Of a stretch of DNA of 64,000 bases, positions 25,447-33,954 are shown in pieces. The notes under the pieces are model-generated. The model was not told the origin of the DNA. It searched no databases and was given only the letters and a program-made list of their open reading frames with translations. Both the position numbers and the translations under genes were made by a program. Source of the DNA: Bacteroidales bacterium (lineage in GTDB: Bacteria > Bacteroidota > Bacteroidia > Bacteroidales > WCHB1-69); assembly GCA_024682995.1 (NCBI GenBank), contig JAIKYR010000071.1, positions 17,883 to 81,882 of the forward strand, read 5' to 3'. The stretch's first letter is position 1. Every line of letters begins with the position of its first letter.

Positions 25447-26652
25447 ATGATTCCTTTTTCCCCTCCCCATATTGACGATGCGATTATTGAGGAAGTGGTG
25501 GCCGCTCTCCGTTCGGGATGGATCACTACAGGACCACGCACCAAGGCCTTCGAGCAAAAGATTGCCCAATATTGCGGAATCCGGCGTGTGCTGAACGTCA
25601 GTTCCGCCTCCGCAGGCCTGGAGCTCATCCTCCGCTGGTTCGGTATCGGCCCTGGCGACGAGGTCATCGTGCCCGCGTACACCTACACCGCTACCGCGGA
25701 AGTAGTGCTGCACTGCGGAGCCAAACCCGTGATGGTGGATGTGGACGACGATTTCCTCATCACCGCCGACAACATCCGCAAGGCCATCACTCCGAACACG
25801 AAAGTCATTATCCCAGTGGATATTGCAGGTCTTCCGTGCGATTATGATGACATCAATCAACTGGTAAACGAGCCATCCGTACGGCAGCAGTTCCGTCCTG
25901 CCAATGAGGTGCAACGCCAGCTGGGTCGCATTCTGATCATGTCCGATGCCGCCCATTCATTAGGAGGGTGGTATAGGGGACGGCGCACCGGTTCCCTCAC
26001 TGACATCACCGTCTTCTCCTTCCATGCGGTCAAGAATCTGACCACGGCGGAGGGTGGGGCCATCTGTCTGAACCTGCCTGAGCAGTTCGACGCGGATGCC
26101 CTCTACCAGGAGCTCTGCACCTTTTCGCTACACGGCCAGTCCAAGGATGCGTTGGCGAAGACCAAGCCTGGAAACTGGCGCTACGATGTCTCCTGCGCGG
26201 GTTACAAATGCAACATGACCGACATCGCCGCTGCCATCGGGCTGATTGAAATCGACCGTTACGACAGTCTTATCCTCCAACGGCGGCGCAAGATCTTCGA
26301 GGCTTATACCCAAGCCTTCAAAGACGATGATCGTTTTCAGATTCCTGAGTATGAAACGCTTGTCAAAACATCATCTTTCCATGTGTATGCCTTGCGCCTG
26401 TGCCACGCAGACGAGGCCCGTCGCGATGCGGTTATCCAGCGCATCTTCGACCAGGAGGTGAGCGTCAACGTGCATTTCATTCCTCTCCCGATGCTGACTT
26501 GCTATAAAAAACTCGGTTACGATATTCGGAACTACCCTGTTACCTACGATAACTATTCCCGCGAAATAAGCCTGCCTGTCTATTATGACCTTTCCGACGA
26601 ACAGGTGGAGCTGGTCATCGAAGCGGTGAAAAAGGCGGCAGATGCAGAGTAA
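25447..26652 (+). CDS. DegT/DnrJ/EryC1/StrS-family sugar aminotransferase
   Basis: IPFSPP...; SFHAVKNLTTAEGG (PLP-lysine motif). Confidence 0.85.
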   Translation: MIPFSPPHIDDAIIEEVVAALRSGWITTGPRTKAFEQKIAQYCGIRRVLNVSSASAGLELILRWFGIGPGDEVIVPAYTYTATAEVVLHCGAKPVMVDVDDDFLITADNIRKAITPNTKVIIPVDIAGLPCDYDDINQLVNEPSVRQQFRPANEVQRQLGRILIMSDAAHSLGGWYRGRRTGSLTDITVFSFHAVKNLTTAEGGAICLNLPEQFDADALYQELCTFSLHGQSKDALAKTKPGNWRYDVSCAGYKCNMTDIAAAIGLIEIDRYDSLILQRRRKIFEAYTQAFKDDDRFQIPEYETLVKTSSFHVYALRLCHADEARRDAVIQRIFDQEVSVNVHFIPLPMLTCYKKLGYDIRNYPVTYDNYSREISLPVYYDLSDEQVELVIEAVKKAADAE

Positions 26653-26875
26653 ACAAGATGCCAAATGACATCTTCGGGAATGTGCGTAACCATTACACTT
26701 CAACAGGAATCTATTGTAAAACACATAAAAAAAGGCAACAATATAGAAGTTGACCTGTCGTTATCCCCATGGCATCACAGGATACCAATTATCATAGCTG
26801 AATAATTTGTTTTTCACCTATGATTGAGCGGAAACCAACAATTTCTCATTGTCCGCACATCCGTGCGGACATAGT

Positions 26876-26922
26876 AAAACTCCCCTTCTATTTTAGAAGG
26901 GGTGGCCGTAGGCCAGGGTAGT
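26876..26922. repeat. Left 47-bp inverted repeat flanking the DUF559 gene
   Basis: aaaactccccttctattttagaaggggtggccgtaggccagggtagt; contains an internal CCCCTTCTA/TAGAAGGGG hairpin; near-mirror of 27394-27440. Confidence 0.75.
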
Positions 26923-26948
26923 AATATAATGCAACAGAATACCTTATT

Positions 26949-27374
26949 ATGAAAAAAACGACAATCATCAACGGCATTATAATCAAGGAGCACCCCGTCT
27001 ATAATCTCCCCACGAATTCAGAACTGTCAGGCCATGCACGCAAGAACCGGAAGGCGGGCAATATGGCCGAAATCGTCTTTTGGCTACAGGTGCACCGGAA
27101 ACTGTTCCACGGGCTCGATTTTGACAGACAGAAAGTCATCGGGATCTACATTGTTGATTTCTATGTAAAAAGTCTCGGATTGGTTGTGGAGGTAGACGGC
27201 GGCTCCCACAACGAAAAGCTGGATTATGATGCACGGCGCGACGAATTCTTGGAAGGGCTTGGATTAAACGTGTTCCGCACGACGGACTACGATGTCCTGC
27301 AACATGTGGATTTGGTGTTGGGAGACTTGGAAGACTACATTGTCAAACATTATGGAAATGAAGAGAATCCATAA
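26949..27374 (+). CDS. DUF559 endonuclease-domain protein (Vsr-like fold)
   Basis: IVDFYVKSLGLVVEVDGGSH...R..D..L...G motif arrangement typical of DUF559. Confidence 0.8.
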   Translation: MKKTTIINGIIIKEHPVYNLPTNSELSGHARKNRKAGNMAEIVFWLQVHRKLFHGLDFDRQKVIGIYIVDFYVKSLGLVVEVDGGSHNEKLDYDARRDEFLEGLGLNVFRTTDYDVLQHVDLVLGDLEDYIVKHYGNEENP

Positions 27375-27393
27375 GGAATGATATCCCATATTA

Positions 27394-27440
27394 ACTACCC
27401 CGCCCTTCGGGCACCCCTTCTAAAAATTAGAAGGGGAGTT
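27394..27440. repeat. Right 47-bp inverted repeat flanking the DUF559 gene
   Basis: actaccccgcccttcgggcaccccttctaaaaattagaaggggagtt is the near reverse complement of 26876-26922. Confidence 0.75.
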
Positions 27441-27594
27441 GGTTTCGTGCGGCACTGAGGTGCCACGAATATCATAAACAATGGAAAAATGCCGTCATAA
27501 TCCTCTTGGGTCAATATCTATATCATTTCATAAAAAAAATCAGCACCCACGCGAATGCAGGCGCTGATCGAACAATAGGATGTTTAGCTGATAT

Positions 27595-28185
27595 CTATGC
27601 CGTTGTTACATCGCGATGGAACACCAGTGGGAAGCTTATAGTTGTATTTTCGTCATTGGCGTTGGCAAACTGCATGTTGATAGTAATGGTATCGGCGTTG
27701 TCATCATAGATAAAGACAATCTGATAGTTGATGGGGGCGCCGTTCTCATCGGTGCCAACAGCCGTCAAAGTGCCCGTGTGCGTGGTAGCGTCATAGACGT
27801 ATGCAAGATCCATATGCTCAATTTCCTCGTTAGTGTAGCCTCCTGCCACTTGAGCTACATTAATAATGCTTATGTTGTCACTGAAGGTGATGTGTGCAAA
27901 ATCCTGGTCGAAGTTGAGGTGGAAAACCATCGTGGTGTCGAAGCCATCCGGAAATTGACAACCATAATCACTGAGGGTTGAGTCCGTCAAAGCGTAGATA
28001 AAATCGCCGAGGGAGAGGGTGGCCGTCCAATCGGTGCCGATGAGGTCGGCGGTGGTCGTCACTTTGGCGTTATTCCCATTGTTCCCATTTCCATTGTTTC
28101 CATTAGGAGAGACTTCCTCTTTCTGACAAGAGGCAAAGCAGAGCGCGATAGCGGCTACTACGATTGCAAAGATGTTTTTTTTCAT
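27595..28185 (-). CDS. Hypothetical lipoprotein
   Basis: Lipobox MKKNIFAIVVAAIALCFASC, followed by an NG-rich linker. Confidence 0.65.
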   Translation of the reverse strand: MKKNIFAIVVAAIALCFASCQKEEVSPNGNNGNGNNGNNAKVTTTADLIGTDWTATLSLGDFIYALTDSTLSDYGCQFPDGFDTTMVFHLNFDQDFAHITFSDNISIINVAQVAGGYTNEEIEHMDLAYVYDATTHTGTLTAVGTDENGAPINYQIVFIYDDNADTITINMQFANANDENTTISFPLVFHRDVTTA

Positions 28186-28278
28186 ACCTTAAATTTTTAG
28201 TTTGTTTATTGAAAGATTCGTTTTTTCAGCTATAAGAACGTAACATGAAGACGAAAAACTACAGCCATAAAAAATTTT

Positions 28279-29076
28279 TTATTTCCTGTCAAATTGCAAT
28301 TGATAGACGATGTCCCCTTCTTCGGTGCCGAGGTCTGCTCGTGACATAATCAAGGTGTTGTCGGTAATCCAATTGACATCCCAGCAAGTGCCGTTTGGCA
28401 AGAGATCACTACTGAGTTTTCCATCTGTCGAAAGGGTCCACGTGGAGGTTTCCGTAGCGGTAGTGCCATCCATTCCAGTGATAGACAATGTTATAGTACC
28501 ATCATCATAAAAGGTGTAATACATAGAGCCACCGCCATCCTCCGGAACGTAGAGGTCGCTGCCTGTCAAGGTGCCATTCGGACCGATATGGTTCACCACC
28601 GAGCAGGTGAAATGCCACGTGCCGACAATGGTACTGGAGGTACTTGTGGGCGGTGCTGTGGCGTAGGCCATGCCGTTCCATGTGCCGTTGTCGTAGGAGA
28701 CAACGACCGTGCGTCCCTCTTTTTCCATCTTTTTCATCCAGGCCTTCATCTCTTCGCGATTGGTGGTGCTGAATGTTATGGCAGCCTTGCTGCCTTGCAA
28801 TCCATGGTTCTGAAGGTACGTTGTCTGGCTCATGTTGTAAAAAGTCACCTTCTTGCCGCCCCGGGCTTGGTCGCAGAGCACATCCACCAAAACATCCCAT
28901 TCGCCTTCCGTTGCCAAAGTCTGGCGGGCTTCGCTGTTCCCGACCGTGTAAATGATAGTCCGTTCTCGGGGTTCGTTGTTGATTTTGTTGCCTCCCTGGT
29001 TGTTGGTTTTTTCACAGGCCATGAAGATCATGATCAATACCGCTGACAAAGCGGTGAATCTCAGTGTTTTTTTCAT
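28279..29076 (-). CDS. Lipoprotein with C-terminal lipocalin-like domain
   Basis: Lipobox LIMIFMAC; C-terminal GTWHFTC...TSTWTLSTDGKLS...TDNTLIM pattern. Confidence 0.6.
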   Translation of the reverse strand: MKKTLRFTALSAVLIMIFMACEKTNNQGGNKINNEPRERTIIYTVGNSEARQTLATEGEWDVLVDVLCDQARGGKKVTFYNMSQTTYLQNHGLQGSKAAITFSTTNREEMKAWMKKMEKEGRTVVVSYDNGTWNGMAYATAPPTSTSSTIVGTWHFTCSVVNHIGPNGTLTGSDLYVPEDGGGSMYYTFYDDGTITLSITGMDGTTATETSTWTLSTDGKLSSDLLPNGTCWDVNWITDNTLIMSRADLGTEEGDIVYQLQFDRK

Positions 29077-29087
29077 ATATACGAGTT

Positions 29088-29495
29088 TTATTTTGCTTGT
29101 TTCATATTATTTAGCTGGTAATCAAGCAGGGCATCGTATTGCGATTCTGTATTGATACGATAGAACGCTATGGTACGGCGTGTAGGAGAGGCCACCACAC
29201 GCAAGACGGGGACACTCGACCATTTCACGCGCTGTGCCGGTTTATCAATATCGCCAAGCCAACTCACCGAGCCGTTTTCACTCTTGATATTCAATTCTTT
29301 AGATAATTGTTGCCATGTCGCGTCATCATCGGCCACTATTATCACAACATCAACACGTTCGCTTTCGTTGAGTTTGAAACCGCTCACTTGTGCCACGGTG
29401 AGATTCTGCCTCGAAGCGTAGGTCTTGTACAGGCCGCTTTGTGCCATGGCCACTATCGGGAGCAGCAGCATTAATAAAATTATCAGTCGTTTCAT
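29088..29495 (-). CDS. Exported protein, possibly DUF4252-like, third gene of the ECF sigma operon
   Basis: ATG at 29495 gives signal peptide MKRLIILLMLLLPIVAMAQ; its position after the sigma/anti-sigma pair is typical of DUF4252. Confidence 0.5.
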   Translation of the reverse strand: MKRLIILLMLLLPIVAMAQSGLYKTYASRQNLTVAQVSGFKLNESERVDVVIIVADDDATWQQLSKELNIKSENGSVSWLGDIDKPAQRVKWSSVPVLRVVASPTRRTIAFYRINTESQYDALLDYQLNNMKQAK

Positions 29496-29764
29496 TATTC
29501 CAGAAGCATTTCTGCGGCCAAGGAGGCCCATTGCGCATCGGTGGTGCCGACGCGGTTACAATATACTTTTTCATAATTCCGGGAATGGTGCAGTTGCGTG
29601 GTGAACAGCGACATAGCCACTGTCACAACAATCAAAAGAGCCGCCACCATGCTGACCACGCGGCGTTGCTTCTGCCTCCAGAGGGGGTATTCTGCAGCCA
29701 GCCGCTTACCATAGCCTTCAGCCTCAGCCCGTTGCCATAACATATCAAATTCGTTTTCTGTCAT
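29495..29764 (-). CDS. Putative anti-sigma factor (single-pass membrane protein)
   Basis: 89-aa ORF overlapping the sigma-factor stop (ATGA); central TM VVSMVAALLIVVTVAMSLF. Confidence 0.55.
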   Translation of the reverse strand: MTENEFDMLWQRAEAEGYGKRLAAEYPLWRQKQRRVVSMVAALLIVVTVAMSLFTTQLHHSRNYEKVYCNRVGTTDAQWASLAAEMLLE

Positions 29765-30201
29765 ATTTCCATTGATTTTCTTAATTTCTCTTTGATTCTC
29801 ACCAGTCTCACGCTCACATTCTTCTCTGTGATCCCTATTTGTTCCCCGATCTCCTTGTAGTTGTAACCTTCCAGTTGCATCCGTACAATTGAGCGGTCGG
29901 GTTCGTCAAGCTGGGCAATCCTCTCGTGCAATTCCCGCAGCAGACTGCGATCCTCGTCCACTTCCTCATAGTCCTCCGGCAGCGCTTCGGTCTCCTTCAC
30001 GCGCCGCAGGCAGTCAATTATAGCATTGCGCCCTATCTTCCAAATTAACGCCGTCTGTTGCAAGGCAGGCAGGGAGAGCAACCGTTCTCTGTCGCGCCAC
30101 AACGCTACGGTGGCCTCCTGCAACAGGTCGTCAATTTCCAGTCCCCGCCGGCTGAAATGTCGGCTGAGCGAGAAAAGCAATCCCCTGTGGCGATGGAGCA
30201 T
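29761..30201 (-). CDS. ECF-type RNA polymerase sigma-70 family factor
   Basis: ORF 29761-30300; start likely ATG 30201 (MLHRHRGLLF); region 2 DLLQEATVALWR, region 4 EIGEQIGITEKNVSVRLVRIKEKLRK. Confidence 0.8.
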   Translation of the reverse strand: MLHRHRGLLFSLSRHFSRRGLEIDDLLQEATVALWRDRERLLSLPALQQTALIWKIGRNAIIDCLRRVKETEALPEDYEEVDEDRSLLRELHERIAQLDEPDRSIVRMQLEGYNYKEIGEQIGITEKNVSVRLVRIKEKLRKSMEI

Positions 30202-30318
30202 AGCTTCGAAAGGATCCAGTGGTTTCACAAATATAATAACGTAAGAACCCCCCAAAAAACTACATGGGAACAAGAAAAAATAAAAAAAAATTTCTCCCAT
30301 CCGATAATTCTTTTTTAT

Positions 30319-30326
30319 TATCTTTG
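30319..30326 (+). promoter_or_regulatory. -7 promoter box for the phosphate acyltransferase gene
   Basis: TATCTTTG, 39 nt upstream of ATG 30365. Confidence 0.5.
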
Positions 30327-30364
30327 CACCTATTGAAAAACAACAACATAAATTTTATAACAAC

Positions 30365-31270
30365 ATGGATATTACCAAATTAGATCAAATGGTGGACTTG
30401 GTGAAGTCCAAACCGAGAAAGAGATTGGTGGCAGCCAATGCCAATGATGAACACACCATCCAGGCCGTCAACGCCGCCGTGGACTTGGGTGTGATTGACG
30501 CGACCTTGGTAGGCGACACCGCCGCTATCGAGCAAGTTTGCAAAACGCTGAACATCGACATCAATAAATTCAAGATTATCCACGAGACGGTTGACACGAA
30601 GGCCGCCGCCATGAGCTGCGACCTCATCAACAATGGCGAGGGCGACATCCTGATGAAGGGACTGCTCCCCACCGACAAATACATGCGTGCCATCCTCAAC
30701 AAGGAGCGTGGCCTCTGTCCGCCCAACGCCACCCTGTCGCATGTGGCCGTGATTGAGAACCCCGTCTACCACAAGCTGCTTATTGTGGGCGACGTGGCCA
30801 TCATCCCGCTTCCCGACCTGAAGCAAAAGCAGGTAATTCTCCGCAACTTAGTGAACACAGCCAAGGCCATCGGCATCGCGAAGCCCAAAGTGGCCCTGAT
30901 CTGCGCCACCGAGCAGATGCTGGCCGGTATGCAGGCCTGCGTGGATGCCGCCCTCATCGCCAAGATGGCCGAACGCGGCCAGATTGGTGGAGCTTACGTG
31001 GATGGTCCACTTTCTCTCGACATTGCCATTGACAAGGAGACTGCTGAAATCAAGAAGCTGAAGAGCGATGTGGCCGGAGATGCCGACTGTTTGCTCTTCC
31101 CCAACATTGAGAGCGGCAACGTATTCTACAAATGCTGCACCAAGTTCAACCACGCTGAGATCGGTGCCATCCTGATGGGTGCCAAGGTTCCCTGTGTGCT
31201 CTCCTCTCGCGGCGACAGCGCCAAAACGAAACTCTACTCCATTTCGTTAGCCGCCCTGCTGGCTAAATAA
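30365..31270 (+). CDS. Phosphate butyryl/acetyltransferase family protein (PTA_PTB)
   Basis: 301-aa ORF; GEGDILMKG, LLFPNIESGNVFYK; no adjacent acyl kinase gene. Confidence 0.75.
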   Translation: MDITKLDQMVDLVKSKPRKRLVAANANDEHTIQAVNAAVDLGVIDATLVGDTAAIEQVCKTLNIDINKFKIIHETVDTKAAAMSCDLINNGEGDILMKGLLPTDKYMRAILNKERGLCPPNATLSHVAVIENPVYHKLLIVGDVAIIPLPDLKQKQVILRNLVNTAKAIGIAKPKVALICATEQMLAGMQACVDAALIAKMAERGQIGGAYVDGPLSLDIAIDKETAEIKKLKSDVAGDADCLLFPNIESGNVFYKCCTKFNHAEIGAILMGAKVPCVLSSRGDSAKTKLYSISLAALLAK

Positions 31271-31291
31271 ACCCCTACAACACGCCCAGCC

Positions 31292-32077
31292 ATGCCCGAC
31301 GCACTCAGTTTCCTCAACTTCCGACTGATCGATATCCTCGACATCCTGATCGTGGCCATCCTCTTGTACGAGTTGTACAAACTCACCAAGGGAACCGCCG
31401 CTGTCAAGCTGTTCTGGATTATCGCCCTGTTCTATGTGATTTGGAAGGCCGTGGCCTATCTCCATTTCACCCTGCTGTCGGAACTGTTGGGTGAGGTCAT
31501 CAACGTGGGCATCCTGGCCATCATCATTCTCTTCGCGCCGGAGATACGCAAGTTCCTGCTCTTCATCGGGGACGGGCGTCTTTTGCGCTTTTTCAATGAA
31601 AAGTTGGGTCGCAAGGAGGATTCCGACACCTATCGGAATGAGATTGAGGCCGTGCGCGATGCGTGCCACAATATGTCGGCCACAAAGACGGGTGCCCTTA
31701 TCATTTTTGCCCGAAAGACCCCGCTGGACGAGTTCCTCGAAACGGGTAAGAAGCTGGATGCCCTGCCCAATTCGGAACTTTTGGAGAACATCTTCTTTAA
31801 AAACAGTCCGTTGCACGATGGAGCCGTCATCATCAAGGACCATCGTATCGCGGCGGCACGCTGCATACTGCCGGTGTCCAAGAATCCGAACCTCCCACAG
31901 GAGGTGGGTCTCCGCCACCGGTCTGCCCTCGGCTCCACTGAGCTGACCGACGCCATCGCTGTCATCGTTTCCGAGCAGACGGGGAAAATCTCCATCTGCA
32001 AGGAGGGCCAGATGACCCGCGACCTCACGGACTCCTCCCTGCGTCAAATGCTTCTTGAGAATCTTACCAAAGATTAG
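31292..32077 (+). CDS. cdaA: Diadenylate cyclase CdaA (membrane-anchored DAC domain)
   Basis: Three N-terminal TM helices; GALIIF, PLHDGAVII, GLRHRSALG, VSEQTGKISI. Confidence 0.9.
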   Translation: MPDALSFLNFRLIDILDILIVAILLYELYKLTKGTAAVKLFWIIALFYVIWKAVAYLHFTLLSELLGEVINVGILAIIILFAPEIRKFLLFIGDGRLLRFFNEKLGRKEDSDTYRNEIEAVRDACHNMSATKTGALIIFARKTPLDEFLETGKKLDALPNSELLENIFFKNSPLHDGAVIIKDHRIAAARCILPVSKNPNLPQEVGLRHRSALGSTELTDAIAVIVSEQTGKISICKEGQMTRDLTDSSLRQMLLENLTKD

Positions 32078-32115
32078 ACAATATTATTTAATAAAACAAC
32101 AATTAAAAAAGAGAC

Positions 32116-32664
32116 ATGAAAAAATTCGTATGCAAAGTTTGCGGTTTCGTCTATGAAGGCGACACGCCCCCCGAAAGATGCCCTCAATGCAAACAACCCG
32201 CCGATAAATTCGAAGAAGTTAAGGAAGACGGCGAACTGACCTTCGCCACCGAGCACGTCATCGGCGTGGCCAAGAGCTCCGACGAGGAGACGATCAAGGA
32301 CCTCAACGCTCCTTTCATGGGTGAAGCCACGGAAGTGGGCATGTACTTAGCCATGAGCCGTCAGGCCGACCGTGAAGGCTATCCCGAAGTGGCCGAGGCC
32401 TTCAAACGCTACGCCTTCGAGGAGGCCGAGCACTGCGCCAAATTCGCTGAGCTTCTGGGCGATGTGGTCTGGGACACCAAGACCAACCTGGAGAAGCGTA
32501 TGATGGCTGAAAGCGGTGCCTGCGCCGACAAGATGCGCATTGCCAAACGCGCCAAGGAGATGAATTGGGACGCCATCCACGATACCGTCCACGAGATGGC
32601 CAAGGATGAGGCCCGTCACGGCCAGGGATTCCAAGGCCTGTTCAACCGCTATTTCAAAAAATAA
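32116..32664 (+). CDS. Reverse rubrerythrin (N-terminal rubredoxin-like domain plus diiron ferritin-like domain)
   Basis: [10 protein letters not shown]...CPQC at the N-terminus; [25 protein letters not shown] diiron ligand motifs. Confidence 0.85.
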   Translation: MKKFVCKVCGFVYEGDTPPERCPQCKQPADKFEEVKEDGELTFATEHVIGVAKSSDEETIKDLNAPFMGEATEVGMYLAMSRQADREGYPEVAEAFKRYAFEEAEHCAKFAELLGDVVWDTKTNLEKRMMAESGACADKMRIAKRAKEMNWDAIHDTVHEMAKDEARHGQGFQGLFNRYFKK

Positions 32665-32729
32665 CCCTAATTCATAACATTTCAACGGGATGCACCCTTG
32701 GCGCATCCCGTTTTTTAATTCATACCCCT

Positions 32730-33713
32730 ATGCGATTCCTGTGGCTCACCAGCCAATCCCCTTACATGAACCTGGCCACCGAGGAGTATCTGCTGAAAAA
32801 TTCAGAAGAGGATATCTTCATGCTGTGGCAGAATGACGATTCCGTCATCATCGGGCGGTACCAGAACGCCCTCGCGGAGATTGACACGGACTTCGTGAAG
32901 CAACACCACATCACCGTGGCCCGGCGACTGACCGGCGGCGGGGCCGTGTTCCACGACCTCGGCAACCTCAACTTCACCTTCATCCAAAACATCCAGTCCC
33001 ACGAAAAGGAAATCAACTTTCTGCGCTACCTACAGCCCATTGTGGACGCCCTTTGCTCGTTGGGGGTGCCGGCCTCCTTCTCGGGGCGTAACGACATCGT
33101 CATCGACGGCAAGAAGATCTCGGGCAACGCCATGACCTTCTACGGCAACCGGGCCCTGGAACACGGCACTCTGCTCTTCTCCACCCTGCAGTCCAAGCTG
33201 GCGGGTGCGCTGAAGGCAGACCCGATGAAGTTCAGCGACAAAGCTGTGAAGTCGGTGCGCAGCCGCGTGACCAACATTTCCGAGCATCTGCCCCAGCCCA
33301 TGGATGTGCTCTCTTTCAAAGATTATCTGATGCGGTTCGTCATGCAGCCCTATGGCATCAGCGAGCCGGACCGTCTCACACCCGCCGAGGAGGCCGCCAT
33401 CCGCGAGTTGGAACGCACCAAGTTTAGCACATGGGAGTGGAATTACGGGAAATCGCCGCAATACGCTTTTTCGAAAAAGACGAAAACCAATGGGGGCATT
33501 ATCCAAGCCTTGATGGACGTGCAAAACGGCCATATCCGGAGTGTACGTTTCTTTGGCGACTTCTTCTCCACCAAAGATCCGGACGAGCTTGCCGACCTGC
33601 TCATCGGGCAGCCGCACGAGCGCGCAGCGATAGCCCATCTGCTGGACACGGTGGCCGTTAGCGACTACCTGAACAACGTCACCGCCGAAGAACTACTTGA
33701 TTTACTAACGTAA
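32730..33713 (+). CDS. lplA: Lipoate--protein ligase
   Basis: NLATEEYLL, VARRLTGGGAVFHDLGNLNFTF, GKKISGNA. Confidence 0.9.
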   Translation: MRFLWLTSQSPYMNLATEEYLLKNSEEDIFMLWQNDDSVIIGRYQNALAEIDTDFVKQHHITVARRLTGGGAVFHDLGNLNFTFIQNIQSHEKEINFLRYLQPIVDALCSLGVPASFSGRNDIVIDGKKISGNAMTFYGNRALEHGTLLFSTLQSKLAGALKADPMKFSDKAVKSVRSRVTNISEHLPQPMDVLSFKDYLMRFVMQPYGISEPDRLTPAEEAAIRELERTKFSTWEWNYGKSPQYAFSKKTKTNGGIIQALMDVQNGHIRSVRFFGDFFSTKDPDELADLLIGQPHERAAIAHLLDTVAVSDYLNNVTAEELLDLLT

Positions 33714-33720
33714 AGGCAAG

Positions 33721-33750
33721 AAAAAAGGCGGAACACGAAGATGTTCCGCC
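33721..33750 (-). terminator. Terminator hairpin after tRNA-Cys (may also stop lplA transcription)
   Basis: GGCGGAACA/TGTTCCGCC 9-bp stem; U6 follows on the minus strand. Confidence 0.75.
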
Positions 33751-33751
33751 T

Positions 33752-33825
33752 TGGAGGTCTCTTCCAGATTCGAACTGGAGTCAACGGTTTTGCAGACCGG
33801 TACCTAACCACTCGGCCAAGAGACC
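33752..33825 (-). tRNA. tRNA-Cys (anticodon GCA), CCA encoded
   Basis: Hand-folded: acceptor GGTCTCT/AGAGACC, anticodon loop CTGCAAA, T arm TCCAG-TTCGAAT-CTGGA, 3' TCCA. Confidence 0.85.
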
Positions 33826-33840
33826 ATTCGTTTGAGGCGG

Positions 33841-33848
33841 CAAAGATA
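33841..33848 (-). promoter_or_regulatory. -7 promoter box for tRNA-Cys
   Basis: Minus-strand TATCTTTG, 16 nt upstream of the tRNA 5' end; context GGCGGCAAAGATACAC(T)8GATATG is nearly the same as at tRNA-Asn. Confidence 0.55.
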
Positions 33849-33954
33849 CACTTTTTTTTGATATGCCGGTGCTTTTTGCAAAAATTTCTCCTTTATAGCA
33901 ATCAAGTTTGATCGCAAAAATCTAGAAAATTCAGAAAGGGAATAAGAAAAAGTT

